Shown: positions 22,077 to 32,599 of the stretch, piece after piece
Position numbering within the stretch: position 1 is the stretch's first letter
Layout of the letters: each line of letters starts with the position of its first letter
NCBI GenBank assembly: GCA_977017575.1
Contig: CDRNVI010000034.1
Location: 186,001 to 250,000 of the forward strand
Direction: 5' to 3'
DNA length: 64,000 nucleotides
Source: Paramoeba atlantica
Taxonomy: Eukaryota; Protista; Discosea
Notes under the pieces: generated by a model
Seen by the model: the letters and a program-made list of their open reading frames with translations, nothing else
The model's database searches: none
What the model was told of the DNA's origin: nothing
Program-made: the position numbers and the translations under genes

Positions 22077-24035
22077 TTACCCCCTTAAGTTCTTCAACCC
22101 CACATTTCGGTGCAAATCCTTCGGGTCGTGCCCTTGAGCTAGTGAGAGACTACGTGTCTCGATGGGAATAAACGGGTTGTCGGGGCTAATCTCCTTAAGC
22201 ATCCCTGGGCACGAGATCCGGTGAGTGTCCCAGGCTCTCCACTGGAGTATCTTACCACAATCAAAGCACCGAACGAACGTGTGCCGCTCCGCGTGACTCT
22301 CCCACAGCGGCAACGAAATCCCAACATCACACTCGTCACACCAGCGACTTTCTGCAATACAACGATTCCAGTGGGCGGACTCAAAATTCGGCGACGCGAT
22401 GTTTGTTTTACAGTTACGGCAGTACCTCATTGGATTTGGATGCACTATATTATAGAGCTCCTCAAAAGCAATCTTGGTCGGCTCATGTATCACCCCAGGT
22501 CGCTGGAGGTACTCCCGCAGAAGTGTTGGACTTATACACGGCGCCTCAAGCGCACTGAGCGTGCGCCCGAGACTGTTCACCTCCAGTACCCAGCGCGGGT
22601 CGAATTCGACATACTTCACAGGGCTGTGTGCCTTTTGTATCGTCAGCACGGACACCAGATCACGTGGAACCAACGGCAGTTGGGACATCTCCAGCGAAGC
22701 GTCTGGGTAGTCAGGGTGGTAGACCCGAATCCGCATCGCATGAACCACCTCCTTCCGGTCTCCTTTCAACGGCAGTCGCACCGTGACACTGTGGTCCCGG
22801 ACTTCGGTCACCACCCCTAGGTCCCCTGTCTCGATTGTCGTGCCGTTGCCATAGTTAAACTGCACCAGCTGGTTCACCTCTACGTCCAGCCGTCCGACAA
22901 ACCCCACTGCCTGACGGCATGCCACCTTCATCAGGGACTCCTGGAGAACGCCTCCAATCTCGGTCAGCCGGAACCCTCCTTTCTCTCCACGATACAGGGG
23001 GGCGATTCGTCGGTGATACTCCTGAGTCGCTCGAAACCGCGGAAATATGGTGTAACACGCCCGTACTCCCCTGATTTTGTCCACAAACGGAGAGGGGGGA
23101 ATACAAGAGGAGCGAGCCCCAACGAGAGAAAACGCCTCCACGTCCGCGTCGGTGAGACACCCAAAATGAGCCTTCTCCACCAACACCCCGTACGTATCCC
23201 GCCGTCGCAACGCCACCGTCTGCTCCAACGGAAAGGTCTCCCGCCACAGTGGGTGCTGGAACAGAAAACCCGTAAGCCCGGCCTCCGCGGTGGGGCTGAG
23301 CTCAAAAAAATTCCCCGCCACCACCAGCTGTATCCCCCCAAACGGGAGATCCGGATCCCGCGCGGCCCGGGCGGTGGCGTCGAACGCCTCAAACAGCGCC
23401 ACCGAGACCTCCTGGATGTCATCAATCACCACGACATCGACATTCTCCACCGTCGGGAAGCACTTGAACAGCCGCTCCCGCATGTGCCGCCGGTGGCGCT
23501 CCATCATCGCGGTGAGCTGCTCCCTGCGGCCCTGGACGGCCCCGAGCCCTTTGAGGCCCAGCAGCGTGTGCAGGTGGATCCCGCGCATGTGCCAGGCCCC
23601 GTGGGCGGTGGCCCCGGTGAAGGCGACCCGTTTGTGGGCCACCGAGAGCAGCGCCTCCCCGATGCGTCGCGCGAGCCGGGTCTTGCCGCGGCAGGTGAAC
23701 CCGGTGATGAAGAGGTGGTGGCCGCGGAGCGCGAGGGCCTCCGCGAAGGCCTCGTCCCGGGAGTACGCCCACGGGGGGGTGGGGTCGGTGGCGTCGGAGG
23801 GGAAGCCGTGCTCCTTCATGACCTCGTAGTGGAGGTGGTGGGAGGAGGGGGTGGGGGAGGGGGTGGTGGGGGTCATCGTCGTAGTCGTAGTCATGGTACT
23901 ACTACTACTACTACTAGAACTCGGGGGTGGGGAGGTCGCGAGGGGGCGAGGAGAGGTGAGGAAGGGGAGAGAGGCGTGGGAGGCGCGGGAAGGGAGTGAG
24001 CGGAGTCGTTGTGCGGAGCGAAAGGCGTGGATCAT
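22077..24035 (-). CDS. PIF1: Divergent PIF1-like helicase with C-terminal zinc fingers, probably mitochondrial
   Basis: LFITG..GKT, VVVIDD, PFGGIQLVVAGNFFEL, QLPL motifs; CxxC/HxxxC repeats at C-terminus; presequence-like N-terminus. Confidence 0.75.
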   Translation of the reverse strand: MIHAFRSAQRLRSLPSRASHASLPFLTSPRPLATSPPPSSSSSSSSTMTTTTTMTPTTPSPTPSSHHLHYEVMKEHGFPSDATDPTPPWAYSRDEAFAEALALRGHHLFITGFTCRGKTRLARRIGEALLSVAHKRVAFTGATAHGAWHMRGIHLHTLLGLKGLGAVQGRREQLTAMMERHRRHMRERLFKCFPTVENVDVVVIDDIQEVSVALFEAFDATARAARDPDLPFGGIQLVVAGNFFELSPTAEAGLTGFLFQHPLWRETFPLEQTVALRRRDTYGVLVEKAHFGCLTDADVEAFSLVGARSSCIPPSPFVDKIRGVRACYTIFPRFRATQEYHRRIAPLYRGEKGGFRLTEIGGVLQESLMKVACRQAVGFVGRLDVEVNQLVQFNYGNGTTIETGDLGVVTEVRDHSVTVRLPLKGDRKEVVHAMRIRVYHPDYPDASLEMSQLPLVPRDLVSVLTIQKAHSPVKYVEFDPRWVLEVNSLGRTLSALEAPCISPTLLREYLQRPGVIHEPTKIAFEELYNIVHPNPMRYCRNCKTNIASPNFESAHWNRCIAESRWCDECDVGISLPLWESHAERHTFVRCFDCGKILQWRAWDTHRISCPGMLKEISPDNPFIPIETRSLSLAQGHDPKDLHRNVGLKNLRG

Positions 24036-24867
24036 AGGCAGGGTGAGAAGAAAGGGGATAGTTTTGAAGATAAAGGTAGTTAGAGGTAAAGCTACTTTAG
24101 AGGTAGTAAAGGTAGTTAGAGTTAAAGGAAAGGGTATTTAAAGGAGAGAAGGACTTTTTTCAGTAGTCGAACTTTTTTCAAAAAAAGTTCCCAAGGGGTT
24201 GAGTATGGTTACGTCAACAGGAGTTATCCTCCGTCCCAATTGGAAGGATGTGTCTGGGCCTCGACCGTTGTCGAATCTGTAGGTTCGTAAAGGTCGGGGG
24301 AGAATCCGTATTGGATTAGGAGGTTACGAAAGGTCTCTTTGACTATCTTGTGGTGGGAGGCTTGCCACGGACCTTCTTGCAGTCCAGTGCGTGGACGCAG
24401 AACCCCTCATTTCATACCTTTTGTTTCATTGAACCAGATCTATTTTGGGCTAGTTGAATGGTTAATTGAACCACTTTTGGAGGCTGGATATGATGACATG
24501 TTGTACAGCTACGCTGAACTAGGCGACTGTAATAACAGGGACCACATGAGTGAATTATTCATAATTTAATCGTTTTATGTTATCTTTTATCTGGGCATTG
24601 CCCCTCTGGATGGCCACTCCGAAGGCCATCAGAAGGTGCGAAAAACATCCGTTTTTGTCTGATCTTTCTTGCTGATGACGTATCAAACGTCATCTGATGA
24701 CGTTCGAAACGTTGTTGCTTAAGATCATCTCAACGGTACATGATCATCTCAACGGTCTTGTACGGAATGGTATACGTTATGTGAGTACACTCGTTACCCA
24801 ACAGCCAATACTCGTGACTCAGCAGATGAGTCCAACCATGTTAACTCGTATATTATATACATCTCCT

Positions 24868-24931
24868 TAGTACGGATAGTACGTACTAAGTACCGTATTA
24901 TCCGTACTAAGTACGAAAGTCCGTACTTCAT
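24868..24931. repeat. GTAC-rich repeat, left arm of inverted pair with 28132-28235
   Basis: Reverse complement matches 28132 onward over ~54 bp with ~2 mismatches. Confidence 0.85.
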
Positions 24932-25275
24932 ACATTTTGAAAAATATTTTATGCCAAAGTGGGACCTTGACTACGAATTTCAATTAAAGAAAAGCTCGTC
25001 TTTTTCATTGGAAAACAATGTTGGGATCGCATTACTTAAACTAATTTATTATTCCGTTACTTATAGCATTTTCTTTTTAATTTTCATTCACTTTTCTCCA
25101 GCACCATGTCTAGGAAGTCAGACCGAGGTGAACAGGATGGAAGCGAGGTAACTCCCGAAAGAACGGTCTCTCGCACTTATCACGCAACGCCGTCTAGCGT
25201 TCTACGCGAGAGGGGGCGGTTCCCCTTTTTGCAGTCGTACGTTGCTCGGCAAAATTTCATCACGACCATGATGCA

Positions 25276-25993
25276 ATGCCCGTTGACGGTATGGGGCATG
25301 AATGTCATTACAAATGCATGGCCCCTGGCTGCCATTTTGAATCTCATTGCAAGACTCGTAATCATTATCAACAACACCGTAAGCACTGCGATCTTCGAAT
25401 TGATAAGGAGAAACTTGACGCTGTTCAAATGGCTATGTCGTGTGAAAGGGAAACCGAGCTTTACGCCACACGAATAGTACCCAGCATGCACGCTCTCATG
25501 AGCACTCCTTCTCAGCAATTTCTTACTTTTGTTCGGTCGCTCCTGGAGCAATGGCCTCCAAAGGCTACCATTGAACAGTTTCTAGCCTTTTTCCCCAAAA
25601 AGACCGGAAAATTTCACGAATGTGAATCTGTTCTCGCCGATGAGTTATGGGAAATTTTCAAGTCGGACATAAGTATACATACTTTGGGGCTGCCGTTGAC
25701 GCTGGTATCGATCGGATGAAGGAGAACATATACTATTATGTGTGGTATATGTCGGCCCTGAGGAACATGTTCTTCCCCCTATGTACTCGCCTCAGTACAA
25801 GGCATTTGACGGGAAGCTCATGGCTGAAACCCTGGTGAACAGTATGACGATCAACATCGGATGTGAACGACTGAAAAAATTAAAGTTTTTAATGGTTGAT
25901 GGAAGTGCTGTAAATCATGTAGCTCGCTTGTATTGCGAGGGACATTTCCGTGACATCTATGAGAAGACAGATTACATTGGAGTTTACAGATGA
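25276..25993 (+). pseudogene. Frameshifted hAT-like DDE transposase fragment
   Basis: Zn-finger-like C-x4-C...H start; stitched frames give GAAVDAGID...FLMVDGSAVNHVA (first two catalytic Asp); two frameshifts near 25690 and 25742. Confidence 0.55.
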
Positions 25994-26284
25994 AGGCGAA
26001 GACAAAGATTTTACAGAGTAACCACCCTCTCATTGGACTAATTTAGGGTGATTTTTCGTAGTATTAAACTAAAATTAATGGAATCTTGTAATACTATTCG
26101 AATGTATTGTTTTTGAATATGTTGAAATCATTGAGTGATCAAGGTGGAAGATGGGACTTTAAGGAAGTTGGGACTTTAAGGACAATATTTCATGCGGCAT
26201 TAACTATATTATTCCATGGGCGATAACTGAAATTGATGTATGATGTTGATTGCAAACCTTTGTAAAAATATACAGCATTCTATA

Positions 26285-27804
26285 CAGGGGGGGTCACGAA
26301 AAGAGTGGGGGGTCTAAAATTTGTACCGTGCGAGCTTTTGACCTAATTCCTTCGGCATTCAACAGATCTCGAAATTTTAAGACTACGTGAGTTATAACTA
26401 CTTAGGCATATAAGGTTGAGTGATAATGGTGAGTCGGCAAAAAACAGGTTTTGTTGTTTTTTGCATATTTGGATTTTCTCATTATTTCATTATTGATCCC
26501 CCGTTTTTTTCTCGAAGAAGTCTGATTCGGGACGGGAAGCTCGTCAAAGTATTATTATACGATGCTTTCATATCAGATAATAGATAATCAAGCGCTTTTG
26601 GAATTGCAGCTTGTAGTTCCTTACGGTTTGTGGGGCGGAGAGTAAATTTTATGTGGTGATCCATCATGCTCCACAAATTTTCAGTTAAATTTAAATCCGG
26701 CGACTTGGCAGGCCAATCAAGAATGCTGATACCCATGTCTCTGCCGACGCGGCGAGCGTGATCCATGATCACTGTTGCCGCTGGTTTACGCTTTAACCAG
26801 TTGTAGAAACCATTTCGTTTTGTCATGGCAGAGAGAAACGTTTCATTAGTGACCGTCTCATTCTCCGCAAACTCATGAAAACAGTGAACCTTGGGAACCC
26901 CCCATTCAAGGCTCACCGCCATCCAAATATGAACCCCCTTTCCTCCGAAATATTTCTCAACATCTTTTGGTACCTCAAGGGGTTCATCTGACCTTTTGCA
27001 AATGTACCAAATATTGCGTGAGTGGTACCCGCATTTAAAAATCTTTTCATCCGTCCACAGAATACGGGCGTATTGAAAAGGGGTGAACCTCTCCAAACGA
27101 TTTGCCAACTCCAGGCGGTCGAATTTGTGCTGAGGCGTGAGATGAGGAACTTTCCTCATTTTTCTGCTTATGTACCCGCTCCTTTTCAGTGATCTTTTCA
27201 CAGACGAAAGAGAGCATGGGTACTTGGTTTGATCGAAGATGGACAGCCAATGGGACTACGTTGATTTTCTTCATCTACAATAGATTCTAACATTATTCGA
27301 AACTCTTCATTATGAATCGCATTCTTACGTATGTATTTTATACGTTCTAACCCTCCTGTCTCCCGGTGGCGTTTAACCCATCGAGAGACAGTTGCTTCAC
27401 TGCATTTCATAAGAGCAGCAGTGTCTGTAATCGAACGTCCCTGGTTTTGTACCTCATGGACGCAAATTACACGTGTTTCATAAGTGATTTGTTGCGTCGA
27501 GAGGGTGCGCCTCTGGCGGCGAAGTGTTTTCGGCATAAAAGATGTGTTAGAAAGAGTTAAGTGGTATTTTATTGATAGATTAATGGGCTAAAATGATAAA
27601 AAATGATAAAAATCCGATTTTTTGCAGAATTTTTAGGTAAAAAATTCAGTAAAATTTTATCATGACGTCATATCAGCTTCAGGGGCGGCAACAATGGTGC
27701 CAGTAGTCTTAAAATTTCGAGATCTGTTGAATGCCGAAGGAATTAGGTCAAAAGCTCGCACGGTACAAATTTTAGACCCCCCACCTTTTTCGTGACCCCC
27801 CCTG
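26285..27804 (-). mobile_element. Near full-length Tc1/mariner element, 102 bp TIRs, TA duplication, inactivated transposase
   Basis: TA-cagggggggtcacg...cgtgacccccccctg-TA; HTH ORF 27198-27536 and DDE ORF 26482-27201 (WTDEK, MDH, WPAKSPDLNLTENLW) joined by one frameshift near 27250. Confidence 0.93.
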
Positions 27805-28131
27805 TATATTCAATGAAAATAGTTTCTAAAAGTTCTTAGATCACTTTCACTTTTCCTTTCCGTTCTCTTATACATTTTTTGGGCGGGTGTCGGCGATCAC
27901 CTATTTGTTAGTTCATAGCAAGTGAGAAAATAGTGATAAATATAGAGTGTCTTTTGATTCAAATTTTTATGCCTTCACCGTATGCTTCTTCTATATTCCT
28001 TTTAAATTACTTCTATAATTGCTTTTATTTAGTGAGTGTATGCCCTTCATGACAGAGGTTGCATCCCTTCAGCGTCACATGGTACACTACTTCAGTGTGG
28101 TTTCTTTATTTGAAATTGTTAGACAAACTGC

Positions 28132-28235
28132 ATGAAGTACGGACTTTCGTACTAAGTACGGATAGTACGGTACTTAGTACGTACTAGTACGAAATACGGG
28201 GTCCGTACTACGTTTAGTACGAAGTTCCGTACTGC
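28132..28235. repeat. GTAC-rich repeat, right arm of inverted pair with 24868-24931
   Basis: atgaagtacggactttcgtactaagtacggatagtacggtacttagtacg...; many GTAC units. Confidence 0.85.
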
Positions 28236-28334
28236 GGAGATGTATGTATATATCAACCCCACAAACGAACCAGTTTTCGAAGCAGAGAAGGGACAGACCG
28301 CGATGCCGCATCGGCGAAATCACGAAGACTGAAT

Positions 28335-28960
28335 TTGACGTGTCAGCTCTTCCGAGTGGACCCGGACAACGTTTTCGCACCCAACCTCCAACGCGCCGTT
28401 TATCTCATGTGGACGGAAACAACGTGGACTACTCGAGAGCGAATTTGGACGTTCCTCAATCAGTTTTGCGACCAAAGGCGCATTCAACTGACGGCGTTGC
28501 ACGTAATTTTATTTCTCGATTCCCTGGATGTCGCAGTAAAGACGCACCTCACGTACGCACGGGGTCTCCATACGATTTACACACACATGAGCGAAGACAA
28601 CACATCACTACAGATCTATGCGAAGGCGCTACAAGCGCAGGGAGGGTTGGAACCCCAACGGCGAATGGAGCCGCTAACTCCGTATTCGCTCCAGAAACTG
28701 TGCAGCAGTATCACGTACTCACAAGCAATGGCTGTGTTGCTATGTTGGAAAGCGGCGGCTCGGTGGACCGAATGCGCCGAATTATGCCGCAATAAATTCT
28801 TCAGCGTGTCGCCCATGGAAATAGTGATTTACTCGGGAAGAACCACAAAATTGACTCGACTCAATCCTTATCGCCCGTACATAAATGCAGTAATCACGGG
28901 TCCGGGGACGCCGGAATTACCGTTACCATTTGGGCGCCCAACGCATTTTCTGCGTGGGGG
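28335..28960 (+). mobile_element. Tyrosine recombinase fragment of a TATE/VIPER/DIRS-type retroelement
   Basis: TWTTRERIWTFLNQFC core-binding start; LLCWKAAARWTECAEL (catalytic Arg); TK...PYRP; C-terminal HxxR/Tyr half missing. Confidence 0.7.
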
Positions 28961-30197
28961 CGGCCTTTTCTCCTGGGACAACTCACATCTTTTGATGTGT
29001 ATCATTCGTATTAACATACATTGTTGTTCTGAGAACAAGAACACGTTCTGGTTCTCAGAACCAAAGAGCACTGTTTTCAGAACGTCGAGAACACGTGGAT
29101 TTAACTCAGCGGTCGTCATCTCCTCTTGAGAAAGTGTGGTGATTTTTAGCAACCTTTGTCCTCATAAACTATGTAGGTTATTGAAATTAAGCAAAACCAT
29201 GCAAAATACTTTGAATATTATTATCATACATTCGCGAGTATCTAGGGCCTTGAGTACCTGGGTACCGTACTCGCGTACCGTACGCGTGGTACTCGGTGTT
29301 ATCCACAACATAAAATACGGGAGATAGGAAAATATCTTTGCCATATCGGAAGGCATTGGATAGTGCTGTCACCCACTTTTGTATTTTAGAGGGTGACCCC
29401 CCCTGTCATACCTCCGTTTTCATTCCAAACGATGCATCATCACCCCCCTTAATAATGTTTATACTTCCATCTAAGAAACTCCCACTTCCCCCAATAATTA
29501 TTTTTTTACGTAGTAAACGTACGTTCTTACGTACATTCACAGCCCTCCCAGATTTCCCAAACTCCTAGAACTTCTCGAAAAAAACGCCGCAAAGCTGGGG
29601 AGGTTGTAGCGGTCAGATGTTTTTAAAAAATATGTAGCTTTTTTTCATTTTTTTAAAGACAGCTAAAAATATCGGGAACGTGATCTCGAAATTGTGAACG
29701 AAAAAGTGCTATCATAACCTCCCTAGGCTCCTTCATGCAAAAAAATAGGGGGGGGGGTGACTTATTCGTGTCCCGGGGTTTATACGTTTTGTACATAATC
29801 GTTTTTGTACATATTTTTGTACATAATTCATAAGCCAGTTTTTCTTAACTGGCTATGTGTCAGGAGCATTGTTGGAAATCTGTGATATGAGTCAGATCCT
29901 TTGACAATGTTGGGGCTTAGCGACCCCCTCCTTTCCAGCTACGTCCACAGCAACGTTTATACTTTAATTTTTGTCGTAACTGAGTCTTTCTGTGGTTTTA
30001 CTCGGTGTTATCTAAAACCTCGGTACAATTATCCATGGATTTCACTCTACGCGCGCTATGAAGTCTAGTCAATTTTTTTTAGAAAACAAAACAGAAACTT
30101 ATGACTTCTTTAGCAAGTATTACTTGCTAAGACTATTACTTAGTAAGATGTATGCTTTATTTGCGTGTCGTACACCATTATTTTTCATTTTAATCTA

Positions 30198-30516
30198 CCG
30201 TATACCCCCCCCAATAAGGTACCCCCCCAGTAAGAGAGATTTGGCCCTTTTTGGGCTGACCCCCAGTAAGAGAGATTTGGCTTGGGAGCCCAACAGGAGG
30301 AGTACAGGGGGTAGGGGGTGGGTGTCTGCATGTTGGGGGCCTCGGGGGTAGCCCAAATAAGCGTTTTAACACGTTTTCAGAAGAAAAAATAGAAAAAATA
30401 GCCAAAAAAATTGGGAGAAAAGAGGAAACTGGCCAAAAAAGGTTACCCCCCCTCAGTAAGAGAGATTTGGCCATTTTGACCCAAAACCCATTCTCTTACT
30501 GGGGGGGGGTATACGG
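30198..30516. mobile_element. MITE, CCGTA termini (Tc2/pogo-like), TA duplication
   Basis: TA-ccgtatacccccccc...ggggggggtatacgg-TA; three internal cccagtaagagagatttggc repeats. Confidence 0.88.
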
Positions 30517-30521
30517 TATTA

Positions 30522-31518
30522 CTGTGACCCCCGCTTTATACTTCGCCCGTTTTGAGCAGTAACGAAGTATAAAGGGGGGGTCTGAATTTTTTTCCCCGCT
30601 GTAAAAAAAAACAGAAACCCCAGCCCCGTACAACCAATAAATAGCTCCGCGAAGGAATCAAACAGTAGAAATTCTAAATCAGAAACGCACAAACGTGCCC
30701 GATCAAAGGCCAAGCAAACAAGAAGTTTGCCCAAAAAGGCTCCAGAATAATGAAAAACAACGTGTACAACGTAAAACCAAGGTTTTCGTACCTACAGTTA
30801 CGACGCGCACTCCACAAATTAAACGATTACATTGTGAGGAGGAATGTACAGCACAAAAATCTACGAGGAGTTCTGATTGAACAAATGAGGACTGAATTTT
30901 CATGCATAGGGAGGTGTTTGAATGCGCTCATTATTATTTTCTTTCTTTTCAAAATATACATACCCTTTTTATATACACTGGTTGCGTAAACAAGGTTTCG
31001 AATTAACAACGCGTCTCGCTCTATGCCCTAGGCAAAAACAGAGGTGTAGAGCCAACAGGTCAGAAGGTCAAATGAATATGAAGGCGAGTTGCTGGAAGAC
31101 ACATTCACCCTAAAGAGGCATTTCCAAAGAAAGTAACTAAGATACATGGATGGCAGGGCTGTGGAAGGTGCTTCACCGCGTAAATTTTAGGTGATATTGT
31201 ATTTTTGTATGTTTCGTTACTAGTATGAACTACAAATCCGTTAACTGATATTTCAATATCAGTGTCTTTGTTGTCGTTGTTGTTGTAAAAAAAAATGCCG
31301 CGCCGCTTCGCGGCGCGGCTCGTCCAGTTTTCCAGTTTTTCCTTTTATATCACCTTCCATTTCTAGAAGGGAAGACTTGGAACGTTCTTGTTTTTTTCTA
31401 AAAATAAATAGAAAAATTACGAAAATAAATAAAAAATCGCCCCCCTTTCGGGGGGCGCACAAAAAACAAAGTATAAAAGGGGGGTCTGACTAGCGAACTA
31501 TAAAGGGGGGGGGCACAG
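30522..31518. mobile_element. ~1 kb non-autonomous element, CTGT termini, TA duplication
   Basis: TA-ctgtgacccccgctttata...tataaaggggggggcacag-TA; perfect 10 bp-stem hairpin at 31297-31319. Confidence 0.8.
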
Positions 31519-31712
31519 TAAATGAATTAATGCCTCCTTCATCGTACTCTACTTCATAAGGATAAAAAAACATCATCCCGAGGCCTTGAGTTCGGCCAAA
31601 AAATCCCAGAGCGACATGAAAAGTAGTTCCAAAAGTACTCGATGAACAGAATTCGCCACTTCGATGAATTCATCGAAGTGACTCACCTTTCGATGAACGT
31701 TCACGGAAACGT

Positions 31713-32400
31713 ATGCATAGCCATTTTTTTGATATCCTTATGGTGACATTCGAATACTACGACTCGGAATCGGACCACCCGAGAGAACTTCGGTGTGAAC
31801 CAGACTCGACCGACGACACTTCTGATGACGCTTCTTCTGAAACAATCGGCACAGATTCCGAGACTGATTCGGAAAGAAATGATCCCGATTGGGATCCCGA
31901 TGATGAATTTTCTGTCTCCTCGATTTGTGACACAGAGGATTGGGGCGAGGAGGAAGGTCTCAGTGCTCTCACTAGCCTGAAAAATGTGTGCATATTTTCA
32001 GGCTAACAAGACAATGATTTTGAAAGCCGCTGACTTACAAGCTTACAAAAAGACAATCGGGAAAATTAAACATCATTTCCTTCCTCAGAATCTGCAGATC
32101 CTGTTTTAACCCCAATAGTATATGAAGGCCAACTTTTGAACCTTCTCAATGACGAAAATCATACCACAATTGAAACGGCCGAGGGAGCTCCAGGTGGATT
32201 GATGCACATGGTAGAAGAATCGAGTGCGGATGTACGTGAGAATAAAAATATAACTTCCACGATGGAAAATGCGGAAACACAGCCCGATCATAAGGGGATG
32301 GCGGTGGAAGTGCGGATGTACGTGAGGGTGAAAATGCTACTTCCACGATGAAAAATGCGGGAACACAGCCCGATCATAAGGGGATGGGGATGGAAGACTG
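31713..32400 (+). other. Acidic low-complexity ORF relic followed by ~86 bp tandem duplication
   Basis: D/E/S-rich ORF 31713-32006; agtgcggatgtacgtgag...cagcccgatcataaggggatgg repeated from ~32223 and ~32309. Confidence 0.4.
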
Positions 32401-32599
32401 CGAAAAAAAGGTTTACTCTTTGCGAAAATCTTTATACCCAAAAAATAAAACCATAAGTGCGCTTCCTCTAGCCCCCACCCCTCCACCGAGGCTGTGGGGT
32501 TACATTGGTGAGTATGTAGTTAGTATCTGTAGGTACGTGTGAGTTTCTGTAAATTTCTGTGAGTCGCTGTGGGCTGCTGTGAGTCGCTGTGAGTATTTT

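Noticed and set aside
23013-23999. Long plus-strand ORFs over GC islands (also 17192-17734, 38618-39385, 52674-53360, 57279-57653)
   Set aside because: Antisense shadows of well-supported minus-strand genes; stop codons are rare in GC-rich DNA and the products are low-complexity
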